DNA of 64,000 nt from Dendrobates tinctorius (Eukaryota). The stretch is from NCBI RefSeq assembly GCF_039654945.1, contig NW_027361788.1, forward strand, positions 9,982,001 to 10,046,000, written 5' to 3'. Of this stretch, positions 49,640 through 60,694 are shown in pieces; position 1 is the first letter of the stretch, and every line of letters begins with the position of its first letter. Below the pieces are notes generated by a model that was not told the origin of the DNA, did not search any database, and saw nothing but the letters and a program-made list of their open reading frames with translations. Made by a program: the position numbers and the translations under genes.

Positions 49640-50573
49640 GTAGTGCATCTGCGGGGTGGCTCCCTGTCAATAGCTGGAAGCCATCTTGTATGAGTTATTA
49701 GTCAGTAAGGTGCACTAATAATGAGTTGCCAGGCTCCCTGGTGGCCAGAGCCTAAACCTCGTCCCGTGGCCAGTGCCTGAATATTGTGCCCCTGGTCCTG
49801 GTGTGGCCAGTCCTGTACCCAAAGTAGCCTTGTCCCAGTGCAGCCAGTCCTGTTCCCAAAGTACCCTGGTCCCGATGCAGCCAATGCATGAACATTATTC
49901 CCCAGTCCATGAGTGGGCAATCCCTGATCCAGTATCCTGGCTCAGTGTGTGTGAACTAAGCCCTAAATCATTATTGGCGCACCTGAGCAGCTGCAGTACC
50001 GGTCCCTGCCCAGGAGTGGTACCTTGCGGCTGCATGCAGCCCAGTCTGTCTCCACCATCAGGAGCTCCAGTGAGCATCTGGTAGCCGCTTAGCTACGCTC
50101 CTTCGGGTCCACAAACCCACATGCGCCACGGTTGGGCGGAAGATTACCCTTTGATACTGTTTATATTATTCGGTGTGCCGCCTTCTTACTTCTTTTGTAT
50201 ACCCACCTTCCACCATTATTTAGAACTTTAAGTAAAGCACATTTTTTACCAATACTTGTTATACATGTTTTGGTCGGCTTTCTCCTACTTTAGTCCTGCA
50301 TTTGCTGAGATAATCTATATACAATATTACGACCTGAATGTTAGTTTATTGTGGTATTGTCCTATGTGTTGCATATTCCGTTTGGATTAGTAGCAATGGG
50401 GCCCGTTTTGGACTTGAATTCCATGATCTGTTACTACATTGGAGCACACATGTGTTACTCCCAAACGGAAATGTGAACAGAGCCTTATAGAACACGCATT
50501 TGCATCGTCTATTACAGGCAATGAATCGTAACCCTCTAATTTATGTTTCACTACTAGGCTGTGATTGACGACT

Positions 50574-50626
50574 ATGGAAATTTTGGGTGTTTTAGAACCA
50601 GAAGATGAACCTAAAGAATCCATGTG
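50574..50626 (+). CDS. rabepk: Rab9 effector with kelch motifs, first coding exon (53 nt CDS; exon starts 50558)
   Basis: Encodes MEILGVLEPEDEPKESM(W). TAG acceptor 50555-57, GTGAGT donor 50627. Phase 2 fits the next exon. Confidence 0.88.
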
Positions 50627-51198
50627 GTGAGTATCTGCCCCGAGCACTTTTAGGGTATGTGCCGATTTCATCACAGATTTCATTTTCCCTTGGACGGGAG
50701 ATGATGCTGGAGAGCTGCAGTGATTGCTTACAGATATGGATGTGGGTCTATCCATGGTTTTGGGTGTTAGTGGCAACTAAATCACAGTATTGTACAGAAC
50801 CGATGGGTTATCATGGCATGCGGGGGTCTGACGAAAGCCCCTGTGCCTGTCAATGAAGCTCAGCTGCAGGCAGAGCTCCATAGGAAAACTGCAATGTCCC
50901 AGTACCGTATATAGTACAATACAGTACTTTATACAAGTATTGCTGTATGTAGTGCATGCAATTGAATGACCAAGGGCACTAAAATAAAGTGTGAAGAAAA
51001 AAAACTAAAAATGTAAAAATTTAAATCCCCCTAACCGCCTCCATTTTTCCCCTAATGTACAATTTTAAAAAATAAAATCGTCGTGTCTCAAAAAGTCCAA
51101 TCTACCAAATTATAAAATGAGAAACTAGGTCTGAGCTGAAAAAGTAAATCAATGTGTATGTAAAATGTAAATGCATATAAACACATGACCTTTACACA

Positions 51199-51490
51199 GA
51201 GAAAACCAAAAACAAATATCCTAAAATAAAAAAGTAAAAAATAAATTGCAAAAATTGCATGAAGGTAGTAATAATACTAGGGGTATTTAGTAAGCATAAT
51301 TTAGATCAAAATAATGTACAAGCCATCCCGCCACGTCAAGGCAACCCTTGCGGGACAGTCCTAACTCTTGTATTTAAAACCTTTCCACTTGTCAAGTGAC
51401 GTAAATGTGAACGAGGACCAAGGGACTGAACCACTAGTAAAAGCATATTTTTTACTTTTTTATTTTAGGATATTTGTTTTTGGTTTTCTC
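51199..51490. repeat. ~45-bp perfect inverted repeat enclosing ~200 bp
   Basis: 51199-51243 is the reverse complement of 51446-51490. Confidence 0.85.
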
Positions 51491-52382
51491 AAAATATAAA
51501 ATTGTTGTAACCGTACATAAAAAAACTGGAAAGAAAAATAGAAGAATCAAAATACTAGAATTGCGCGACCTCCACATGTCACCTGAAAAAAATACAGTAA
51601 AAACCCATCACAATCTCACATGTACCCCAAAATGGTATTGATAAAAAGAACAGGTCAACGTATCAAAAAAAATAAAAAGTAGAACTGGCACAGCTCCATG
51701 AACGAAAATATAAAGTTACGGGTTATTTTGATAAAATCATTTTTTTCTCTGCTGTAGATGTAGTAGTGCTCAGAATGCTGAGTGATGTATAACCCTGTCC
51801 ACACCTCTGATTGGTAGATTCCTGTGTATAGTGTCAGCAGTCTGCCAATCAGTGGTGGGGGCAGGGTTACACATTAGCTGGACTGCTTTGCACAAGACAC
51901 CGAGTCAGGCAGTGATAATCTTCTGCTGATGAAACACTGATTGTACTGAAACTAAAGCACACACAGCCTAATAAGGGACACATCACAGGAATCGAGCTCT
52001 ATTGCTTTATATTATGGTGCGCTCAGATTACATAGCAAAAACCTGCTGACAGATTCCCTTTACGTATTCTGCCCTATGTAACAGCAACATTATAATGGGG
52101 ACATATTAGATCATTTAGACAAAAGGCACAATATGTTGTTGGCTAATAAGATAGCAGATCTGTCCTTGTTATATCCTTCCCATACATGTGGTGGAATATG
52201 TGGGGTACAGGTGAGCTCTGTCCTTTGCCCCCCCTGGCTGTCTTCCTGTAACTTATTTTCCCTTAGAACCTTTTTAATATGTGTCTGATGTAAGATAGTG
52301 CTTAGTAATGACAGCAGATCTATTTGTGCAGTATGTTTACTTGATGTCTCAAAATTCCTCGTTATTGGTTTATTCTCCACAG

Positions 52383-52540
52383 GTACGCTTTCGCTCCTAA
52401 CGGAGAAGCACCGAGCCCTCGTGTCGGTCACACATGTCTTTATGTACCTGCCCCTGATGTCCGAGGGAAGGGAAAAGTCGTCATTATTGGAGGGGCAGAT
52501 CCCGATTGCTGCTACTCTGATGCTCACATTATAAATCTAG
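52383..52540 (+). CDS. rabepk: RABEPK coding exon 2 (158 nt)
   Basis: Encodes YAFAPNGEAPSPRVGHTCLYVPAPDVRGKGKVVIIGGADPDCCYSDAHIINL (kelch repeat). CAG acceptor, GTAAAG donor. Confidence 0.94.
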
Positions 52541-53226
52541 GTAAAGTAACGGCTGCTGGTTAGTCACTGACATATAATTCAGTTTTTATCATGTTTTACA
52601 CTTGAAGATTTCCCAATCGCCGGGGGTCTGACTGCTGGGAACCCAAGCGATCTCAGGAGCCCTGCATTAATAGAGCATTGGTCGATCATGTTCACTGTTG
52701 CTCCATTCATTCAGCAGCAGCAGGAAGCCAGTGGCTGACACTGCGCGCTACTGAAGAGCAATGAATGCTCTCTGCACTCTGCGATAAACAGTTCCCGTGA
52801 GTATTTTGAAGCAGGACACTGTTAGGGAGCAGAGGAAGGTAAGTGTAATGGTTTGTTTTTTTAATCTTTTCCAATGGGGCCATGCATACCAGGAACGGGA
52901 TGGGACCAATCATACTAGGATGCCAAAAATAAATGAATATTCATTGCCCTCCATGCCCATGGGCGTGGAATGCAGTGCATATTCATTGCCCTTTAGGAGT
53001 TAGCCGGAGCCGTCGGCTCCTGCCTCTGTGACCCGCTGCTCCGCCGAAACCGCTCCCCCACCTAGCCACCACAGACAGAGCCGGTACAACCGGACTATAA
53101 AATGCACCGCCCATTTTCCTCCACGTTTTGGGAGGAAAAAATTGTGTCTTATAGTCCAAAAAATACAGTATGCACGTGCTTCCGGTATCAGTCGAACACT
53201 ATTTCCCTTTCTTTTTTTTTCTTTAG

Positions 53227-53379
53227 ACACTTATGAATGGGATAACGCAGACTGGAAGGACCTGTTACCACGCTATGAACACGCGTGCTTCACATGTACC
53301 AGTGATCCCAATAGAATCTGGGTGTTTGGTGGAGCTGAACAGGCAGAGAACAGAAACAGCACTCAAGTAATAATCCCCG
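53227..53379 (+). CDS. rabepk: RABEPK coding exon 3 (153 nt)
   Basis: Encodes TYEWDNADWKDLLPRYEHACFTCTSDPNRIWVFGGAEQAENRNSTQVIIP. TAG acceptor, GTATGT donor. Confidence 0.95.
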
Positions 53380-54552
53380 GTATGTATCTCATACAGAAGT
53401 GTCATGCCTTAACCTGCCTCCAAATCGGGCCAATGGAAAGAAAAATACCATCTACGTGTCTTATTTTTTATATTTTGGGTTTTTTTTATTCTGACCTTAA
53501 AGGACTGCTTGAAACATTTTAAATTGCGCTCCCTTTTTGTGGAAATTTTCGTTCTATATTTTACATATTATTTGATGGGGATAGGGTTAAAGTTAGACTG
53601 GCAGACAATTTAGACTGGCAGTGCCTTTTTTTTTTTAGTTTTTTTTAATTTATATGTTTTATGCTTTGCCATTTTTATTTGTTTTATTGATTGTGCATCC
53701 CACAAGGTGTTAAAAAGACCTTTTTGTTATGGGGGAGCGGATGTTCATTTTAAAATATCTTTACCTTCTTTTTTTTAGTTTATGCTCTTTATTCTTTTTA
53801 CTCTTCACTATTTTCACTTATTTATTTTATTATTTTATGCATCATGCATTGTAAAATATACATACTTTTTTTTGCTGATTTTTCCACTATAATTAGGGTT
53901 TTACTGGAACCTAGCTTCTCCTAATCTTTCCCATCAACCGGTGATCACCTGTTTACTGGGTAAGGAGGAGGAAGCAGGGTGAGTGCTTCCTAATCCATAT
54001 ACACAACATTAGTTCAACGCTGTGTATACAGAGATAAAGGAGGTAAATGTAGTAATAAAGTATAATATAACTTCTCTGTGGGGAGTCTGGCCGTGTCTGA
54101 CAGCAGGCATTTCTTCACCACAGCTTCACAATCTTATGAAAGCTGCTTAGATTGCTTTGACATTTTAGAGCGTCAGTGTAGGTTTAAGAGTGGACTGGCT
54201 GGGTGTTTAAAATCTTAGGGGTGGAAGTAGTTAAAGGTGTATACCCATCTCAGCTGTTCAGGACTGAGATGGGAATAACTGTATATATGCAGCAGCCAAT
54301 GGTGGCCAGGATTGCTGAAAACGAAGCAGTGGATGAGAGTTGCATAAATAGTGTTGTGTGAGCGACTCTGTTTCCGTAATTTTGGAGTTACGACAACTGG
54401 GAAGGGGAAAATCTATAGGCCCTGTACACATGACATAGATGGTTGACTTCAATCAGATGTGTTTTTCGATTGCATGGAGCAGAGCGATACTTTGCTGATG
54501 ACCCCCCCCCAACCAGCACTTGCTATAAACAGAAAAAAATGATATTTGTTTA

Positions 54553-55835
54553 GGCCTGTTTCACACTTCAGTTTTTCACAATCAGTCAAGATCCGCCGAT
54601 TTCCAAAAAAACGGATCCGCCATTTTTATTTGCGGATCCGTTTTTTTCCCCATTGACTTTCATTATCGGCGGATTTTGACTGATGATCGTCCGTTGCGTC
54701 CGTATTTGTGCAGATCCGCGAAAATTGTGGCGTCCGCTGAGATCACCGAACGAACCATGCAACGTTTTTTTGCTGTCCGGATCCGCATTTTCCCCTTTTA
54801 ACCCTGAATCAAGTGTCGCTACTGGATGAAAATTCTCTCTCTCTCTCTCCCTCTCCTTACCGCTCCCGGGAGATCCCGCCCGCGACATGACAGCTGCTCC
54901 CGCGAGATCCCGCCCGCGACATGACAGCTGCTCCCGCGAGATCCCGCCCGCGACATGACAGCTGCTCCCGCGAGATCCCGCCCCGCGACATGACAGCTGC
55001 TCCCGCGAGATCCCGCCCCGCGACATGACAGCTGCTCCCGCGAGATCCCGCCCGCGACATGACAGCTGCTCCCGCGAGATCCCGCCCGCGACATGACAGC
55101 TGCTCCCGCGAGATCCCGCCCGCGACATGACAGCTGCTCCCGCGAGATCCCGCCCGCGACATGACAGCTGCTCCCGCGAGATCCCGCCCGCGACATGACA
55201 GCTGCTCCCGCGAGATCCCGCCCGCGACATGACAGCTGCTCCCGCGAGATCCCGCCCGCGACATGACAGCTGCTCCCGCGAGATCCCGCCCGCGACATGA
55301 CAGCTGCTCCCGCGAGATCCCGCCCGCGACATGACAGCTGCTCCCGCGAGATCCCGCCCGCGACATGACAGCTGCTCCCGCGAGATCCCGCCCGCGACAT
55401 GACAGCTGCTCCCGCGAGATCCCGCCCGCGACATGACAGCTGCTCCCGCGAGATCCCGCCCGCGACATGACAGCTGCTCCCGCGAGATCCCGCCCGCGAC
55501 ATGACAGCTGCTCCCGCGAGATCCCGCCCGCGACATGACAGCTGCTCCCGCGAGATCCCTCCCGCGACATCACTCCTGCTCCCGCGAGTTCCCGCCGTAC
55601 CTGCGACATCCCGATGAAAGCTCCCATCGTCAGCATGCCCGCTCCCGAAGAACACTACATCGCCGGTATTTTTTTTCTTTTTTCCCAGGCGCGGTTCCTT
55701 TAAATTTTCACCTTTGCCGGATTCATCCATCCGCCGATCCGATGACACACGTTCCTGTCAGTTCGCCTGCGGATCCGTTTTCCGCTATTTTGGCAGATTT
55801 AGACTGACCAGGAAAATGGATGTGTGAAACAGGCC
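54553..55835. mobile_element. Harbinger-type MITE carrying a 34-bp CpG-rich minisatellite
   Basis: TIR GGCCTGTTTCACAC / GTGTGAAACAGGCC flanked by TTA/TAA; cggatccg-rich subterminal repeats. Confidence 0.85.
54870..55590. repeat. 34-bp minisatellite (gagatcccgcccgcgacatgacagctgctcccgc), about 20 near-identical copies
   Basis: Visible tandem array. Confidence 0.96.
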
Positions 55836-55871
55836 TAAGTGATCATGATTATTATCTTCTCTATTTTTCAG

Positions 55872-56033
55872 AAAACTGCTCATGGAAAACCCCAGAAGTA
55901 GAAGGACCTTGCCCTTCCCCAAGGACATTTCATACCTCATCTTCTGCCATTGGGGATAAATTCTTTGTTTTTGGAGGAGGAGAGAAAGGTGCAGATCCTG
56001 TCGCAGATAACAAACTCCATGTGTTTGATACAA
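55872..56033 (+). CDS. rabepk: RABEPK coding exon 4 (162 nt)
   Basis: Encodes NCSWKTPEVEGPCPSPRTFHTSSSAIGDKFFVFGGGEKGADPVADNKLHVFDT. CAG acceptor, GTAAGA donor. Confidence 0.95.
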
Positions 56034-56071
56034 GTAAGATGTAATATTACTTTTATGGGATTAAACGTGAA

Positions 56072-56840
56072 CCTCAAAAATATTTCACGCATCCGTTCAT
56101 TCCTCACCCAAGAATCTGCACAAACCCTAGTCCATGCCCTCATCATCTCTCGCCTTGACTACTGCAACCTCATGCTCTGTGGCCTCCCCTCAAACACTCT
56201 CGCACCCCTCCAATCTATTCTAAACTCTGCTGCCCGACTAATCCACCTGTCCCCCCGCTATTCCCCAGCTTCTCCCCTCTGTCAATCCCTTCACTGGCTC
56301 CCAATTGCCCAGAGACTCCATTACAAAACCCTAACCATGACATACAAAGCCATCCACAACTTGTCTCCTCCATACATCTGTGACCTCGTCTCCCGGTACT
56401 TTCCTGCACGCAACCTCCGATCCTCACAAGATCTCCTTCTCTACTCCCCTCTTATCTCCTCTTCCCACAATCGCATACAAGATTTCTCTCGCGCATCACC
56501 CCTACTCTGGAACTCTCTACCACAACATATCAGACTCTCACCTACCATCGAAACCTTCAAAAAGAGCCTGAAGACCCACCTCTTCCGACAAGCCTATAAC
56601 CTGCAGTAACCACCGATCGACCAAACCGCTGCACGACCAGCTCTACCCTCGCCTACTGTATTATCACAAATCCCTTGAAGATTGTGAGCCCTCGCGGGCA
56701 GGGTCCTCTCTCCTCCTGTACCAGTTATGACTTGTATTGTTTAAGATTATTGTACTTGTTTTTATGTATACCCCTCCTCACATGTAAAGCGCCATGGAAT
56801 AAATGGCGCTATAACAATAAATAATAATAATAATAATAAT
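56072..56840 (+). mobile_element. 5'-truncated L2 copy, same family as 17930-21720
   Basis: Aligns to about 20930-21660. Intact C-terminal frame to 56609. (AAT)n tail. aacct on both flanks. Confidence 0.93.
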
Positions 56841-57228
56841 AACCTACAGGTATGCAGAAAGATGACAGAAACGCAAGATCCTATAATATAATCATTTGTT
56901 TAATCCTCTTGTATTAGTAATTTTGCTCTAAATAACAGCACCTACCGGTCAGCGCCATCCTTTAGGTATCCACCTGCAGCAGTGGAAACTCACATTACAT
57001 CCAATAGGGTGGAGATAAAAAGCCTAGGATACAATATGGACTATTTCTGGTTTGTTCTGCTATTGAGAACATAATCAGTAATACAAGACACTGAAGAAAA
57101 AAGCAATTACAGTATGAGCTACTGAAAAATAATCATTTTCCTGCATAACCAGAGGTACATCTCAAATATTAATTTGATCCTAAGATGAATGAAATTCATT
57201 TACTTATTGCACAATCCTTTTTTCATAG

Positions 57229-57378
57229 CCAGCCTGACATGGACGCAGCCGACAACATCTGGTGATCCCCCTAAGCCACGTCATGGCCACATTATTACTA
57301 CTGTAGGAACCAAGCTGTTCATCCATGGTGGGATGGCAGGCAGCTCATTTTTTAATGACATGTTCTGCATTGACACAG
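57229..57378 (+). CDS. rabepk: RABEPK coding exon 5 (150 nt)
   Basis: Encodes SLTWTQPTTSGDPPKPRHGHIITTVGTKLFIHGGMAGSSFFNDMFCIDT. TAG acceptor, GTAAAA donor. Remaining exons not found in the window. Confidence 0.95.
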
Positions 57379-58171
57379 GTAAAATCAATGCCTATGGATA
57401 ATGATAAATTGAACTTGTTACTATATTCGTACTGAGAAAAGAGGTTTTTGAAACCAGGCCACCTTATCAGTCCTAGGAAGGCAGGAGCAAGTAAACTGTG
57501 TGTACTTGCAGGAAAAAAGAAAGAAGGTTCCAGCTCATAAAATTCCCCAAATTTATGTGCAAAATTTAAAGCATGAATCCACACAAGTGAAGCTCAACAT
57601 GTTTCGAACTCTCGCAGGCGTTCTTTGTCTGAGCTACATGAAAGTGGACACCAGAAGTCCTATATACAGAGAAGTGAGCAATAGAGTCTTCTATGAGGGT
57701 CACATTCTAAAAACTTGCAGATTGGCTGAAGGAGCCCAATAACAGCATAGATATAAATGAACAGAAAAAGCATGAAAAAAGGAATAAATACTCAAGAAAA
57801 AGCATGCAATATACTTTAACAGGATAACAGGTACCAAGGTTATCCAAAATGCCTCTTGTGTGAAGAGACGTTCTCCTGAAGTCTCCTTCCCTCAATTAGT
57901 TGGTTACAGTTTCAATATCATATACTCTGAAAAAGCAGTGCCATGGTGAGTAACAAAATGCTTAGACGCATGTGAGGTCACACGATGTGAACTGGTGGAG
58001 CAAAAAGTGTTGGTTAAAATGTTCAGATATTCAACTTTCTAGTAGTGAAGCCTACTTATATTTTATTGCAATTGCTACAAATTAAGATATAGACAACATT
58101 ACGGGAATTGTGATTAATAAAGCCTCCAATTTTAATATTGTAATTGGTGATGAGCTGACGTGCTCAGTTAA

Positions 58172-58611
58172 AGGGAATCTGTCACCCCTTTTTTGAGATA
58201 TCATATAATGATATCATTCAACTGTGTGTCACATAAGGATTCTCTTAGTACTTCTGCTTCCCCCTGACCCTGCACCTTTCATGCATAAATACCTTATTTA
58301 TATCGGTTCAGATGTATGTAAACTGCCGCTGTCCGGTCCGATGGGCGGGGCTTATTCAACTGCTCCCCCCTCCCTATCTTGCTCTATGCATTTCTTCTTG
58401 TGTAGACAGGGAGGGGGGAGCAGTTGAATAAGCCCCGCCCATCGGACCGGACAGGGGCAGTTTACATACATCTGAACTGATATAAAAAAGGTATTTATGC
58501 ATGAAAGGTGCGGGGTCAGGGGGAAGCAAAAGTACTAAGAGAATCCTTATGTGACACACAATTGAATGATATCATTATATGATATCTTAAAAAAGGGGTG
58601 ACAGATTCCCT
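58172..58611. mobile_element. Near-perfect palindromic Kolobok/T2-like MITE (440 bp)
   Basis: ttaa|agggaatctgtcacccc ... ggggtgacagattccct|ttaa; ~205-bp arms. Confidence 0.92.
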
Positions 58612-58910
58612 TTAAAGTGTTATCCGAGCATGCTCGGTGTCACCTACCCACTTCTCAGCACGTGACTTGAGGTTGCGCCTACAAGGGTTAATCTATCTCC
58701 TCTCACTCAGTCCAGCATTCAACCTCTGTTCTATGCAGAAGTGGGAGCATAAATTACACCCCAACACAGACCACACACCCCACTTCATACAGGCTGCCAC
58801 CACTCACCAAACACACGGGCGATGAGTCCCGGAAGAACTACTACTACTACTATCTGTCAATCAGAGTGAAAAACCTCAAAAAAGAATAGCCAAGGGGTTC
58901 CAGAATCAAA

Positions 58911-59837
58911 ATGTTAAACCAGAGAGCACAACAGGGAAAAAAAAAACCCTAAAATATAACGTTTAATTCAATATTATTGAATTGGCAGACTGTGTTATTA
59001 TACATGGTAGCACTATGGAGGTTAATGGAATAACCGTATGAGACGGCTTGTATAAGCATTTGCTATGCCCATGTGGAAAGTGCGTATAGATAGTCCACTT
59101 CGAAATATTATCTGTTGATCTGGATCCAACCTCTTGCTACATAGGGTCATTGGTACCCCTGTCCCTAAAATTCATTATCGGGACATACCCTGATTTTTTT
59201 ATGTGGGTCATTCTGTTATTCTCTGTCTCTCACAGTGTGTTTCATTATACAGGCTTGTCCTGTGATTTCATTGAGTGCTTTATTGCTATATCTTTTGCTG
59301 TAGACGTTTTTCTGAGGCATATTAGATCACACGTCTGCCCTGTAGCAGCATTTAACATTACTTTTATTAAGAGATAAGTGTCGATTAGCTGCTTTTGCTC
59401 TCATTTTTTCTGATATTACTCCGAGATAAGATATTACTTTTTTGAGAGCGTGCTTACTACGAGATAAGTTTACAGCACTTTAGCATTTTATATTAGCTTT
59501 TTCGGTATTGTGTTGTATGTGTGTGGTTTTTTTTTTTTGTGTCCCCTTTTGTATACGTAGGGTGGTCTAGGGCGTTATTAGGGATGCTGACGTTCAGCGG
59601 GGGCGCCATGTCGTCAACAACTAGGGTGCCAACCTCCGCGGATAGTTAGGGCCTTATTATAGTTTTTTCTGCCCCTTCTGTGATTTAATCATACTTGGAA
59701 ATTTATATACAAAACTTTTCTCTCTCTGTGACCCCCTGGCATTGTGTGTAATTTTACATATGTGTGGTATCTTTTAATATTGAATTAAAAGTTATATTTT
59801 AGGGTTTTTTTCCCTGTTGTGCTCTCTGGTTTAACAT
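58911..59837. repeat. ~65-bp inverted repeat enclosing ~800 bp
   Basis: 58911-58976 is the near reverse complement of 59775-59837. Confidence 0.8.
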
Positions 59838-60694
59838 ACTATCTGCCAATCACCAGGATCACACACTAAGGCTATTGATTCTTTAGAGCATATAAGGTTC
59901 AAACTTATTAAAGTTTTAAGCTTTAATAGAAAAGGTACAATGCTTACAATAAAAGGATATAAAAATATGGAAATAAAAAGTGACGTACAAATATGCAAAA
60001 ACAGTGGTAAAATAAAGATGAAAAACTTACAGAAATGTCTAAACTTTGCACTCTGGCATTTTCTCCCTGAGGGGGGTGACATATGGAACGGCTAACACCA
60101 GCTTGGTTGTCCCTCAGTCTGTGAACATCTTTCTTTGTTTATAGGTCTAATTTTTAGATTTAACCTGGAGAGCAGATTTCTAGACCAGCCTCTCATGTTA
60201 ATATTCTAATTCCTGGTTTGTGACCGGACTATGGCTACTCTACCAATGAATACATTATTTTTTCCCTACACGCTCTTTGTATGACCTTTCTTTCTCATAG
60301 TAAATGAAATTGTCAGGTCACTGCAGAGGCACCATAAGGTGTGAAATGTTTCCACTTTGTGTGATCTCAGTTAAGCCCCCTGGGGTTGAGACCAGGAAAA
60401 CTATCTTTTTCTGAGGATAACATTTGTGAAGAGTTGCAGCCTAGAACAGATGCTAAGTTACTGCTGGTCATACATCCATGCAAATACATATTTCACTACA
60501 CTCGGGTACTAACCGAGTGTCTACTGACTGCTTGAAAAATATGTTTGAGTCCCCATGGCTGCATCTCTCGCGGCTGCATGTCTCGCGGTTGTTCGACAGC
60601 CACAACACATGCAGGGATTGCCCGTTTGTTAGGCAATCCCTGCCGTGCTGAGGCTGTGTAACAGCTGCGAGACATGCAGCCGCAGGGACATATA

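Noticed and set aside
54586-55748. 260-316-aa ORFs on the - strand
   Set aside because: Translations of the 34-bp tandem repeat.
55950-56609. 219-aa ORF as an exon-L2 fusion gene
   Set aside because: It starts out of frame within the rabepk exon and runs by chance into the truncated L2 C-terminus.
58700-58825. MQKWEHKLHP as the next rabepk exon
   Set aside because: Only superficial similarity; no kelch H/GG motifs, an early stop and no fitting donor.
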